DNA of 64,000 nt from the human T2T-CHM13v2.0 reference genome, Homo sapiens. The DNA is taken from assembly GCF_009914755.1 (NCBI RefSeq), contig NC_060942.1. One strand, 5' to 3'. Each line of letters starts with the position of its first letter. Position 1 is the stretch's first letter. The notes beneath the pieces were generated by a model that was not told the origin of the DNA, made no database searches, and saw only the letters and a list, made by a program, of their open reading frames with translations. The position numbers were made by a program, and so were the translations under genes. Positions 40,056 to 58,599 of this stretch are shown here, in pieces.

Positions 40056-40285
40056 ACAGTGTTTATTCCTCTCATTCTATTACACGATCCCCTTATACCT
40101 TTCACATTGTACTTACATTATTAAATAATTATATGTTGAGGTGTTTTGTGTAATATTGTTATTGCCTGGCATAAATTATAGTCATACTCTCACTCAACTA
40201 TAAACTGGAAACATACCATGTTTTATTCATTTGAAACCCTCAATACCTGACAGTAAATGTTAGTGTAATTGAAATCTAAGACAAG

Positions 40286-42624
40286 TGATATGGTTAAACT
40301 TTTTGTCCCCACTCAAATCTCATCTTGAATTATAATCCCCATAATCCCCACGTGTCAAAGAAGTTACCTGGTGGAAGGTAATTGGATCGTGGGGGCAGTA
40401 TCCCCCATGATGTTTTCATGATAGTGAGTGACATACGATGAGATTTGATGGTTTTATAAGTGTCTGACAGTTCCACCTTTACAAACCCACTCTCTCTTGC
40501 CTGCTTCCACCTAAGACTTGCTTCTTCCCCTTCTGCCATGATAGTAAGTTTCCTGAGGCCTTCTCAGCCATTTGGAACTGTGAGTCAATTTAACCTCTTT
40601 TCTTTATAAATTACCCAATCCTGGGTACGTCATTATGAGTAGTTTGGTCAAAACCATTCAACAAGTCTCCAGGAAGTTCTAAGCATTCCCACATCTTCCT
40701 GTCTTCTTCTTAGCTCTCCAAACTGTTCCAGCCTCTGCCTGTTACCCAGTTCCAAAGTCACTTCCACATTTTTAAGTATCTTTACAGTAGTACTCCACAA
40801 CCTCAGTACCAATTAACTGTATTAGTCTGTTCTCACACAGGGTGAGGTGGTCTCAGATAGAGATCAGGAACTTCTTGGGAGCTGGAGCAGAGGTCACTTT
40901 TGCTATGCTTTAGCAAAGAGACTGGTGGAATTTTGTCTCTGCCCTAGAGATCTGTGGAACTTTGAACTTGAGAGAGATGATTTAGGATATCTGGCAGAAG
41001 TTTCTAAGCACCAAAGCATTCAAGAGGTGACCTGGTTGATTTTGGAAGTGTTCAGTTTTATGCATTCACAAAGAGATGGTTTGAAATTACAACTTATGTT
41101 TAAAAGGGAAGCAAAGCATAAAAGTTTGGAAAATTTGCAGCTTGATCTGTAATAGAAAAGAAAAACCCATTTTCTGGGGAGGAATTCAAGCCAGCTGCAG
41201 GAATTTGCATGAGTAAAGAAAAGACTAATGTTAATAGCCAACAATGAAAAAAATGTCTCCAGGGCATGACATAGACCTTCACAGCAGCCCCTTACATCAC
41301 AGAGCTGGAGGCCTAGGAGGAAAACATGGTTTCATGGGCTGGGCCCAGCGCCCTGCTGCTGCTCTGTGCAGACTCAGGATTTGGCATCCTGTTTCCCAGC
41401 CATGGCTAAAAGGGGCCAACATACAGCTCATGCCATTGCTTAGAGGGCACAAGCCCCAGGCCATGGCAGCTTACATGTGGTTTTTGGGCCTGGGGGTACA
41501 CAGAAGTCAATAATTGAGATTTGGGAATGTCCGCTTAGATTCCAGTGGATGTATGGAATTGCCTGGATGTCCAGGCAGAAGTTTGCTGCAGGGATGGAGC
41601 CATCATGGAGAACCTCTGCTAGGGCAGTGTGGAAGGGAAATGTGGTGTTGGAGGCCCCACAGAGTCTCAGTTGGGTCACTGCCTAGTGGAACTGTGAGAA
41701 TAGGTCCATCAGTGGACCCCAGAATGGTAGATCCGCTGACAGCTTGCACCATGTGCCTGGAAAAGCCACAGACACTCAATGGCAGACTGTGAAAACAGCT
41801 AGGAGGGGGCTTATACCCTGCAAAGCTGCAGGGGTGGAACTGCCCAAGACCATGGGAGCTCACCTCTTGTATTACAGTCCTTTGGATGTGAGACATGGTG
41901 TCAAAGGAGATCATTTTGGAGCTTTAAGATTTAATGACTACCCCACTGGATTTCAGACATGCAAGGGGCCTGTAGCCCCTTAGTATTGACCAGTTTCTCC
42001 CATTTGTAATGGGAGCATTTATCCAATGCCTGTACCCCCATTATATCTTGGAAGTAACTAACTTGCTTTTGATTTTACAGACTTCTAGGTGGATGGGACT
42101 TGGCATGTCTCACATGAAACTTTGAACTGAGACTTTTGAGTTAGTGCTGAAATGAGTTAAGGCTTTGGGTGACTGTTGGGAAGGCATGATTAGTTTTGAA
42201 ATGTGAGTACATGTGAGTACATGAGATTTGGGAGGGGCCAGAGGTGGAATAATATGGTTAGGCTTTGTGTTCCCACCCAAATCTCATCTTGAATTGTAAT
42301 CCCCATAATCCCACATTCCGAGGGAGAAACCTAGTAGGAGTTGATTGGATCATGGAGGTGGTGTCCCCCCTGCTGCTCTTATGATCGTGAGTGAGTTCTT
42401 ATGAGATCTGATGGTTTTATAAGTGTCTGACAGTTCCTCCTTCACACACTCACTCTCTCTTACCTGCTGCCATGCAAGATGTGTTTCTTCCCCTTCTGTC
42501 ATGATTGTAAGTTTCCTGAGGCCTACCCAGCCATGGGGAAATGTGAGTCAATTAAACCTCTTTTCTCTATAAGTTACCCAGTCTTGAGCAATTCTTTATC
42601 ACAGTGTGAGAACAGACTAATACA
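40286..42624 (+). mobile_element. THE1D MaLR provirus (5' LTR, THE1-int, 3' LTR) with an internal inversion
   Basis: 5' LTR from 40286; ~1.6-kb THE1 internal region; polypurine tract TTGGGAGGGGCCAGAGGTGGAA; 3' LTR 42250-42624. Both LTRs share AAGTGTCTGACAGTTCC. Segment 40631-40838 is reverse-complemented. Confidence 0.95.
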
Positions 42625-44224
42625 CTGAGCATTGGTATATTAAATTATTTTCTAAAGCAGGAGAAAGAAAATGCAAAATGATTTCAGCCTTACTATTGAA
42701 AAAAGATCCTTCCATATGACTCTTCCATGAACACACCAATCATTAGTTCATTTTTCCAGGGATGCCATCCATTTCCTCTGTCCAAGACTATATCTGAAAC
42801 CAGTTCTGAGTCACTAATAGCCTCTGCTATTATTGCAGGAGTATAGCTTATCCAACCCAGATGACCAGATATATTCATGTAACAATTCTAACTTTAGCTC
42901 CATTTCCAAAGTAAGAACTGAAGGTTTGGTTGAGAGAAAAACTGGTTCTGCTTTTGAATTTTTGAATATCTGGTTTAGAAGTCACCATGATTCTCCGGTA
43001 TTGGTCTATACTTGGGCAAATTTCAATAGATTAAGGTTCCACTGTTAGGCTTCTATTAAACTAATAACAATCCGTCAATTAATTCCCACTGTTTATAGGT
43101 GGTGAGTTTGTTTAAAAAAATTTAGGGTCTTGAGCAACCAAAATAGATAAAGGAGGCAACCAATATAGTCCCTTATCATTAATCAATTTTCTCATTTACT
43201 AATGAAGGAGCTTCTAAGATAAAATCTATTCCTTTATTGTTCCAGCCTTCCACTATCCACAGGATTCTGATAGTAAGACTCTGACAAACAGGTATTTAAT
43301 TCTAAATACAATGGATTCTGTGAATTTGCTTCTTTGCACTTTTTCTGTATCTTAAAGCAAAGACTCACATTTTATACTAAAAATAGAAAAGAAGTTACAA
43401 GGGAGAAAAATAATATTGGTAAAATTTCATACATCCATGTTTGATACTTCACAGAATTAAAACGCTCAATGAAGATTACAAAAGAGAGGTCAGATAGTTT
43501 AGCTTTGATATGAGAAACCATTTTAAAATTCTAATTAGATGAAAAAAGAATATAGTTTTATAAATTAAATTCTGTAATCACTTCAGTTTAAATTTCCCTT
43601 CTGTTAATTTTTTAAAGCAAGAAAACCATATGCAGTGTGTTAATACTGATACCGTACTTTTTTTATCTACTATGTTCCAAACAACTGCTGATTAAAAGAA
43701 TAAAATCTCATCATAAGAGGGAAATTTAATGAGTTCTCATGAACAATTAAAAAGATTATTTGCATATTTTTAGCCTATTGGAGGAAAAAATACCAAGCAG
43801 CAAAGGTTTAGCAATAATCACATGCTGAGAAGGAGTGGAGAGGGAAACATTAAATAGTTTTCTTATTCCTTCTGAAGCCATGGATAGCATTTCAGGAGGC
43901 TTATTAACATGCACATTTGAGTGACCTGGTTTACCAGTTCTCTGCACTTAGACTGGTGTTTATTACAGGTGCTCCATCTTTGGTATTTTTATCCCTCCAA
44001 GAAAATTTAGGAATACAGAGAAGACTCATGCCTGATTATGTTCACAGTAGTATATATTACAGCTAAGGGGAGAGGCAAATTCAACCCAAAGCAAGGCTTG
44101 ATAAACGTTTGATAAGCTCTCTTTGAGAGCCTATTCTATGACATTTACTCTGTCATTCAGCCTATGGTACATTGGAATTATGAAAACATCTGTCTGTGAA
44201 GTCAAGGTAGCAAAAGTAAGGATC

Positions 44225-44375
44225 TGAAAAGAACATAGGCTTTAGATTCAGAACTGATGAGCCACTTATTACCAAATGATCTCAAACAAGCAACTTTTCT
44301 CTATATCTCCATAAGTCATACATGTATAAACATTGTAATAACATCTATCTCTTAGAGTTGTTGTACTGATCAGGG
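44225..44375 (+). mobile_element. MIR SINE
   Basis: AAAAGAACATAGGCTTTAGATTCAGA...CCACTTATTAC...TAATAACATCTATCTCTTAGAGTTGTTG. Confidence 0.65.
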
Positions 44376-44699
44376 AGAATGTCGTTTTCCAGTTTACTGT
44401 GTATAGAAGAAATGCGTTGCTTGGCAGCTAGAGACATAAAACATTTAAATAATAATAAACATCCATTAGCAGTCTAGCAGCACATGATTAATGGAGGGAA
44501 TACTCAAGGTAATATATGAAGTGCAAAAATAATATAGTCAACGTAGTCATCTTTGATTGATACTAAAGACTAGTGACAATTCGTGTTACAGTGTATCTTT
44601 TGTCTATACCTTTAATGAACCCCGACACTGGAATATACTTCTTTCAATACGGAACAGACAAACTGAAAACACTAACACATTCCTGTAATATTTATTTTA

Positions 44700-45550
44700 C
44701 TCTTGTTGCCCCACATCTCATCGTCGCATTTTCATTTCAGCCTTAGCTCTGGTGAGCTGTGGTGGCTCATGCTGACATCGCTTCACCCAAAGGCATGCCA
44801 CGCCATCTATTTTTCTGCCTCAAAGCTGTTTGAGGAGCCACAGCATCCCTCTTAGATTACACAAGCACAACCTATAAATGCAAGATGATAGGGGTTGGAG
44901 GGTAAAGTTACTGACTCAGGTGACTTTCAACTGATGGTAATAGAAGGCAGAGGTAAATTTGATACCCGCCTCTACTTTGTAAGGAAAATTCTAGAAAATT
45001 CCTCATGTTTCTCAGAGATCCCATCTAAATTGAGCCCATTGCCTGCAGCAAGGAACTTGATAACTATAAGTGACTTTTCCTCTTTTTCTTGTTTTTGCTT
45101 TGTCTTAGACCATTTTCTATTGCTATAACAGAATAACTGAGACTGGGTAATTTATTTAAAATAAAAATTTTTTTTTTAGCTCACAATTCTGGAGACTGGG
45201 AACAAGCAACTGCATCTGATGGGGGCCTCATGCTGCTTTACAGCATGGTGGAAGAGCAGAAGGCAGGAACAGGGCATGCACAAGACAGAAAAGGGGGGGC
45301 CAGATTCTCAAGATAGCTAACCCATTCCTGCAAGAAAGACATTAATCCCTCTTAATTACTTAATCACTTCTTAAAGATTCCACCTTCTAACACTGCTGCA
45401 ATAACAATCAAATTTCAACATGAATTTTGGAAAAGTAAAACCATATTCAAACCGTAGCTCTCCCTCCCTGACTCCATTTTTACTTGCTTGGGATCATCTA
45501 CCAAATAAACTGTTTCAGGCTCTATTTTGGGGGGTGCTCCAACTCAGACG
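44700..45550 (+). mobile_element. LTR16-family (ERVL) solo LTR interrupted by an MST LTR
   Basis: 3' end GGGATCATCTACCAAATAAAC...CAGGCTCTATTTTGGGGG...CAACTCAGAC is typical of LTR16; the upstream part is compatible. Confidence 0.65.
45101..45459 (-). mobile_element. MSTC/MSTD-type MaLR solo LTR
   Basis: TGTCTTAGACCATTTTCTATTGCTATAACAGAATAACTGAGACTGGGTAATTTAT...ATTCAAACCGTAGC. Confidence 0.85.
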
Positions 45551-45964
45551 CTTACCAAAAATTGGATGGATATCCATTGAAACTAGTCCTGGACTACTCA
45601 AAAGGTACAAAGCTTATAACTTTGGTATATTGTAATTTGAATAAATAGTATCAGTCCTCATAATTTTTTCATATATATGGAAAATCGATATATGATAGGA
45701 GAGGTGACAGCTTATTTGTTAGGGGGAAAACATTTTGGAAGTAACAATACATAACTCAATTATGTAGTACCTCATATTCATTTTACTTGGTCTTATGTAA
45801 ATAAAGAAAATAAACTCTTAAAATATCTGAGAGATTAAAATGTAGAAGCCAATCTTGGCTGAAGCTAGTTTTTATTTTTTTCATATAATACACTCAAGGA
45901 TGAATTTTATTTCAGTATGGAAAGTGTGATTGGCTAACATCTACACCATTCAAACCAGACTTTT

Positions 45965-46340
45965 AAACCTTTTAGTATGACAAATTTCTGAGATATATAG
46001 AATATAAAGAATAATATAATAAATCCCCATGTAGCCAGCACCCAATTTCAACTATTATCAACATTTAACCATTCTTATTTTATTTATTCTCTTACTTTTT
46101 TCTTGAGTATTTTAAAGTACTTCTAAGGCATAGTTTTATCCATAAGTGGTTCAGTATGCATCTCCACCAAATAAAGATATTATTTTTAACATAACCATGA
46201 TACTATTATCATACCTTAAAAATTAACATTAATAATATTATCTAAGACCCCGTCATTTTAAAATGTTCTCCAACTATCTTAAATTTTTATTTTTATTTAA
46301 TGAATTTTAATCAAGGTCTCTTAAATCTTTTGTGATTTAT
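45965..46340 (-). mobile_element. L1MC4/5-like 3'UTR remnant
   Basis: CCCCATGTAGCCAGCACCCAATTTCAACTATTATCAAC...TTCAGTATGCATCTC...ACATAACCATGATACTATTATCATACC. Confidence 0.7.
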
Positions 46341-46354
46341 TGTAGTTCTTTCAC

Positions 46355-48330
46355 TTTAAAAATGTATTGATGTTTAATTGATACGATAAAATGCACAGAT
46401 CATTAATTGTAGAGTCTCATGAGTTTTATAAGTATACACCTCAATATAACCACTACCTCAAACAATGTGCAGAATATTTTAATCACCTTATAATGTTCTC
46501 TAATGTTTTGTTGTAGGCCATCCCACCCCACCACAACTAACGAGACAACCACTGTTAAAATTACTACCATCATAGCTTAGTTCCACTATTTCAGAACTAC
46601 ATATAAATGAAATAAAAAGATGTATACTTTTTTGTGACTGGATTTTTTCTTTAAACATAATGTTAATGAGATTTGTTCATGTTGTTGTTTGTATTAGTAT
46701 TACTACTGGAGAATAGTATGCTATTAAATAAATATGTCACCATTTGTTTTACTATTCACCTCTTGATAAGTGGCTTCCACTTTTCTTTGGTGAAATAAAG
46801 CTACATTTGATCATTCTTGTACAGGTATTTTTGTGGACTTCGGATCATATTTTTCCAATTTCCCCTGAACAATACCTAGCAGAAAAGTTTCTAGGTCATA
46901 TGGTAAATATAGGTCTTAATTTTATTTAGAAAAAAAACACAAAACTATTTTTGTGAAGTAGATGTATGCTTTTGAACTTATGCCACCAATGCCTAAGAGT
47001 TCTGGCCATATAACCTCATCAAATTTGGTGTTTCACCTTTAAAAAATTTTGGCCATTCTAATGGGGGTCTAGTGGCATTATATATATTTTTAAATAGTTA
47101 TTTCTGAGGTTACTAGTGATGTTGAGTGTCTTTTTGTGTATTTATTGATCATTTTAGCTTTTTTCTAAATTATCTATTGAATTTTTTTGTCCATATTTAT
47201 CATATCTGTCTTATTAATTTGATACAGAAGTTGTTTATATATATTTGGTATAAGCCCTTACTGAGATATTTGTATTGCAAAAATTGCCACCAGTTTGTGT
47301 CTTGCCTATTCATTTTCTTAATTTTGAGAGTAAATGTGTTAAACTTTGATGAAATATAATTTATGAACGTTTTCTTCATTAATTATAGTGCTTTATGCCT
47401 TGCTTTGAAAATACTTGTCTATTTTCAGTCACAAAAATAGTCTTGTATATCTTTAAATAAATTTTGTAATTTCAGCTTTTATATTTAGATCTGTGGTCTG
47501 AAATTAAATTTTAGTACATAGTGTAAGATAAAAATTGAAGTTTTTTTTTAAATAGCCAGTTTCTTCATAACCATTGGTTGAAAAGACTGTCTTCTCTCCG
47601 ACTGAATTATCTGTTTGTCGCTGTAAAAATCAATTGAATGGATATACGTGGGTTTATTTCTGAACTCTCATTTCTGTTGCATTGATCTATTTGTCTCCAT
47701 GTATACTAGTACTTAAATTGTTTTAATCACTGTTAATGTATATTAGTCTTTGAAATGGGGTTGTTCAATTTCTCAGTTTTTAATATTAATATTATTTTTG
47801 GCCATTTAAGGTCTTTTTAAAATTTTCTTTTGACTGCTTTTTATTATTTGGCTATTTTCATGTCCATATTAATGTGAAATTAGCTTGTTAATTCCTACCA
47901 AAAAATACCTACCAAAAATTTTATTGGGGTTTCAGTGAATATAAACAGATCAATTTAGGTAGAATTGATATCTGAATATTAATATTGAATCTTTTTGTCC
48001 ATGAACATGGTATATCAGTTTATTCAGGTCTTTTAAAATTTATTTTAGCCGTGTTTTGTAGTTTCCAGTATTTGCGTGTCTTGCACACATTTATTAACTT
48101 TAAAAATATTTAGTGTTTTGCTATTTATAAATTATGTTTTATTGTATTTTTCAATTAATTGTTGATTGTATATTATACTACAGTTGATTTTTGTACATTG
48201 GGCTAGTGTACTGCAACCTTGCCAAATTCACTTATTTATTCTAGTGTAGTTTTATTTGTTTTTGTAAATTGCTTTGGATTTCCCAACATAACCACAAATG
48301 CATATGCAATTTTCATTGTTCTCAGATGTT
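46355..48330 (-). mobile_element. L1ME/L1MD-type 3' fragment
   Basis: T-rich antisense L1 3'UTR and ORF2 end (TTTTGGCCATTCTAATGGG, ATCAATTTAGGTAGAATTGATATCT, GTTGATTTTTGTACATTG). Confidence 0.8.
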
Positions 48331-49639
48331 ATTAACATAAATGAACAAAGAACAGAGAAATCACATTGATTTATTATTGTTAAATGATTAAATAATGTAG
48401 AGAATATTTTTCCAAAGGTATTTTCTTTTAAAGCACTACACAGATATTTGCCAGATTTTAAATATAAATTCAAATGAGCATTGGTGTAGTGCTAACTTAA
48501 TTGCTTTGGATGGCATTTTAATTATTTGTATTTTCTATTTATTCCCAATTGAATAATAGTAATGTTATTTCATTGCCAGTCATAAAATATAAGGACTAGA
48601 CAATGACTTGTATAAAAAAGAGCATATTCTCCACCCAGACTCACACTGACAGAATGTTGAAGCACGCATCATGCATTATTTCAGTTGTCAATAATTTCTA
48701 CAGAGCTTCTTCTGTGTCAGAAATAAACTATCTGATTTGAAATATTGAACAGCTACCAGAGGAAGTTTCTCATTAGTTGTTGATTCACATAAATATTGGA
48801 AAATAAAAAATTGGTCCTGTAGAGATTATGTAATTTCCTTCTTGAAAGATGTTAGATGACATTAACATGAATTGCTTTGAGCTTGTCATAAATCCTAGCT
48901 ATCAAGCCTTTAAGTCAAAGAAATACACATTCCCTGTCATTACTTGGGCCAAGTTGCTCCTTTTAAAAAGTACATCTCCAGATAAATCTTGCTAGTGTCA
49001 AGTTTTGTCTTGATTATCAAGTAAGCCAAGTCACAATGTGTCCTCTATGACCAATGTCCCAGCAAGAAGTGTATGTGAGGTTCACTATTAATCTTTCTGT
49101 TATTGAAAGAATGACATTGATGTAACATTGAGAATTACTGGCTTCAGAAAGGAAAACAAAAACAATATTTCAAACACTTTTTAGTGCTCTGAATTTTATT
49201 CATTCTGTGGTGATATTATTTCAAACTATTCCCAATTTGAGGGTACTCACAAGGGAGAGATACAACCAAAGATGTAAATTTTCCTATGTTAAATTATGAA
49301 AGACATGCAGACTATCTGCTGCCCGCTTGATGTGGAAGGATATGTGGGCAATTAATTTCTAGAAGTGTGAAAAAAAAATCATCCTATTCCAGTACTGTAG
49401 AAAGTAAAACAGGACAGAAATTTTGCATGTTATTTTTTAAACAATGTTAACAATTAGCATCATCTACAATGGTAAAGCAAACAAAGGGATAGTAAATTGT
49501 TTTCCCTCTTTCTCTCCCAGGAGAAAGACCGTTTTAGTAGTGCTTGTTACATGAAAAAAACAGCAGATGTATCATGAATGGAAAAATGATTAATAGCTGG
49601 ATTAATACATAAGAGACCTAAAGTCTGGCTTAATATTTT

Positions 49640-50519
<880 letters not shown>

Positions 50520-51348
50520 AAATGGGGGCGAAGGCTATGAACAGACAATTCTCAAAAGAAGACATTCATGCAGCCAACAAACATATGAAAGAAAAGCTCA
50601 TCCTCACTGTTCATTAGGGAAATACAGATCAAAACCACAATGAGATACCATCTCATGCCAGTTAGAATGGTGATCATTAAAAAGTAAGGAAACAACGGAT
50701 GCTGGAGAGAATGTGGAGAAATAGGAATGCTTTTACACTGCTGGTGGGAGTGTAAACTAGTTCAACCATTGTGGAAGACAGTGTGGCAATTCCTCAAGGA
50801 TCTAGAACCAGAATTACCATTTGACCCAGCAATATACTGGCTATGTGCCCAAAGGGTTATAAATCATGCTGCTATAAAGACTCATGCACACGTATGCTTA
50901 TTGCAGCACCATTCACAATAGCAAAGACTTGGAACCAACCCAAATGCCCATCAATGATAGACTGGATAAAGAAAATGTGGCACATATACACCATGGAATA
51001 CTATGCAGCCATAAAAAGGATGAGTTCATGTCCTTTGCAGAAAAATGGATGAAGCTGGAAACCAACATTCTCAGCACACTAACACAGGAACAGAAAACCA
51101 AACACCACATGTTCTCACTCATAAGTGGGAGCTGAAAAATGAGAACACATGGACACAGGGAGGGGAACATCACACACCAGGGCCTGTTGGGGGGTGGGGG
51201 CCTAGGGGAGGGATAGCATTAGCAGCAATACCCAATGTAGATGATGGGTTGATGGGTGCAGCAAACCACCATGGCATGTGTATACCTATGTAACAAACCT
51301 ACACGTTCTGCACATGTATCCTATAACTTAAAGTATAATTTTAAAAAA
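50520..51348 (+). mobile_element. L1PA7-like 3' fragment, 5'-truncated
   Basis: ORF2 C-terminus ([48 protein letters not shown]) and 3'UTR ...GATGGGTTGATGGGTGCAGCAAACCACCATGG... Confidence 0.93.
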
Positions 51349-51423
51349 TGACATTCTCATGGTTTATTAATCCAATAACTATATTTCATAAATATATAAA
51401 GAAAACAAAGCGAGCTTGACATG

Positions 51424-51962
51424 AAAAAAAGTTTCTAGAGCTACTAAAAAAGTTACATTTATGAAATAATTGATAAAATATTCCTCTAGGTTGTACAAGG
51501 ATGGGGACAGGGACCAGGGACAAGACATGGTATTTGGTATTAATGAGACTTGGCTTCTTTCTCTCTCATTTCATCAAAGGCTGGATTCTCCTCGGTTTTC
51601 ATGTCACTATTTTCTGCAGGTCGATCTTCTTTAGTTTCTTGGTTAGCCATGTCACCCTGTTCTCCCTTTGCACCGTTTTTTTTCCCTTTTGTTTGTACTT
51701 TTTTGTCTGAAGATTTATTCTCTCTTGTTTTCATTTTTGGCTTCATTTCCACTTTTGCAGCAGCAGGTTTAACAGACAACCGCGCTGATGTCCTCTTGGG
51801 CTCTTCCTTCACCACCTCTTCTGCTGAGCTGACCATCCTCTTGGGCACCTTAGTGGGAGGGAGGGAGCTTGCTGGGTGCCTGCAAGACATGAGATGCTGA
51901 GAGCCTCTGCGAAGCTGGGCTGCCTGGCCACTGCTGCTCCTCCCACTGCCTGAGGTGCTGAG
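51424..51962 (-). pseudogene. HMGN1: HMGN1 (HMG-14) processed pseudogene
   Basis: Intronless translation VPKRMVSSAEEVVKEEPKRTSARLSVKPAAAKVEMKPK...KSSDKKVQTKGK...ANQETKEDRPAENSDMKTEENPAFDEMREKEAKSH* aligns to HMGN1 (MPKRKVSSAEGAAKEEPKRRSARLSAKP...EKEAKSD). Start codon is GTG; CpG-depleted 5'UTR and ~110 nt of 3'UTR are present; no poly(A) seen. Confidence 0.95.
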
Positions 51963-51965
51963 CAA

Positions 51966-52080
51966 ATTTTCTGTAGAAACGTAGTCTCTGCCACTTTGCC
52001 CAGGCTGGTCTCAACTCCTAGCCCTTAAGCATTTTTCCGACTTTGGCTTCCCAAAGTGTTTGGATTACAGGCACTCTGCC
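51966..52080 (-). mobile_element. Alu left monomer / FLAM-like
   Basis: TGTAGAAAC...TTGCCCAGGCTGGTCTCAACTCCT...TCCCAAAGTGTTTGGATTACAGGC; no right monomer. Confidence 0.8.
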
Positions 52081-52549
52081 ATATTTGTTGATTGACTGAT
52101 TTTTTTCCTTGGAAGTAGTCACATTTTACTGATCTTTTGTAAGTGAACTGTGTAAACTCTGGGCGTGGATTTTGCTAGAGAATACTGAAACTTCTGTTTT
52201 ACTAGATAATCCAGTTAGGTTCAGATCACGACTTTTTTTTTTTTTTTCCTTTTCTGCAGTGGTTTAACGCTCAGTTAGGTTCACCAACCTTTCTTCTACT
52301 GGTTTGGAGAGGCCTCCTTTATGTGTAGATCGGTCATGAGACTGAGCCTTCTGTAGGTTCATACACAGGATTAAAGCAAATGACTTGCTCTCATTTGGGC
52401 TTGCCCCACGTTCCATCTAATCCAACTTTGTCAGGTACCTCTGTCCAAAATGACAATCTTTTCACAGATATTTAGCCAGATCTTTTCATCGCGATTGCCT
52501 GCTTCCCATGACAAGAGCTCACACTGCAGGCAAAATTGTATTATGACTC

Positions 52550-53035
52550 AACAACAGGAGCAACCTAAGTGCACAGTGAGAAATAAATGGACAAAGAAAA
52601 TGCGATATATATAAATCAGAAAAAAAGTTAGGAAATTCTGTCATTTGTGACAAAATGGATGAACCTAGAGGACATGTTAAGTGAAATAAGCCAGGCACAG
52701 AAAGACAAATATATAATCACACTTACATGTAGAATCTTAAAAAGCCAAACTTATAGAAGCAGAGAATAGAATGGTGGCTGACATGGGTTACGGGTTGAGG
52801 GAAATGGAGAGATGTTGGTCAAATGGAACAAAGTTTCAGTTATGCAGGATTAATGAATTCTGGAGCTCTAATATACAGCATGTTGACTACAGTTAATAGT
52901 ACTGTATTGTACACTTTAGCTAAAAGAGTAGATCTTAAATTTTCTTACTACACACACACACACAAAGTGTAACTATATGAGATGTAAGTATGAAATTTTT
53001 GTTTGTCAATTATACTTCAACAAAGCTAGAAAAAA
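52550..53035 (+). mobile_element. L1MA9/10-like 3'UTR fragment
   Basis: ATGGATGAACCTAGAGGACATGTTAAGTGAAATAAGCCAG...TTTGTCAATTATACTTCAACAAAGCT. Confidence 0.8.
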
Positions 53036-58410
<5,375 letters not shown>

Positions 58411-58599
58411 CAAATATAATATGTATGTCAGTTCAAAACAACTTTATAAGTTAATATTTCAAAGTGCAAATCTCACATTTCAGTAATGTTTTGTAGGATT
58501 AATTCTTAAAATGTGGAGCCGTTAGGCGGGATTGGCCCTTATCATTTTATCAGACTCTGTCTTAATTTGTTTTCACCTCCATAGGACATCACATACACA

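Noticed and set aside
40847-41983. Multiple ORFs in THE1-int
   Set aside because: Fragments of the degenerate MaLR internal ORF, not a host gene
40281-42629. 5-bp TSD of the THE1D provirus
   Set aside because: Flanks ACAAG and CTGAG match at only 2 of 5 positions, so no TSD is claimed
51550-51900. 116-aa plus-strand ORF
   Set aside because: It is the antisense shadow of the HMGN1 reading frame
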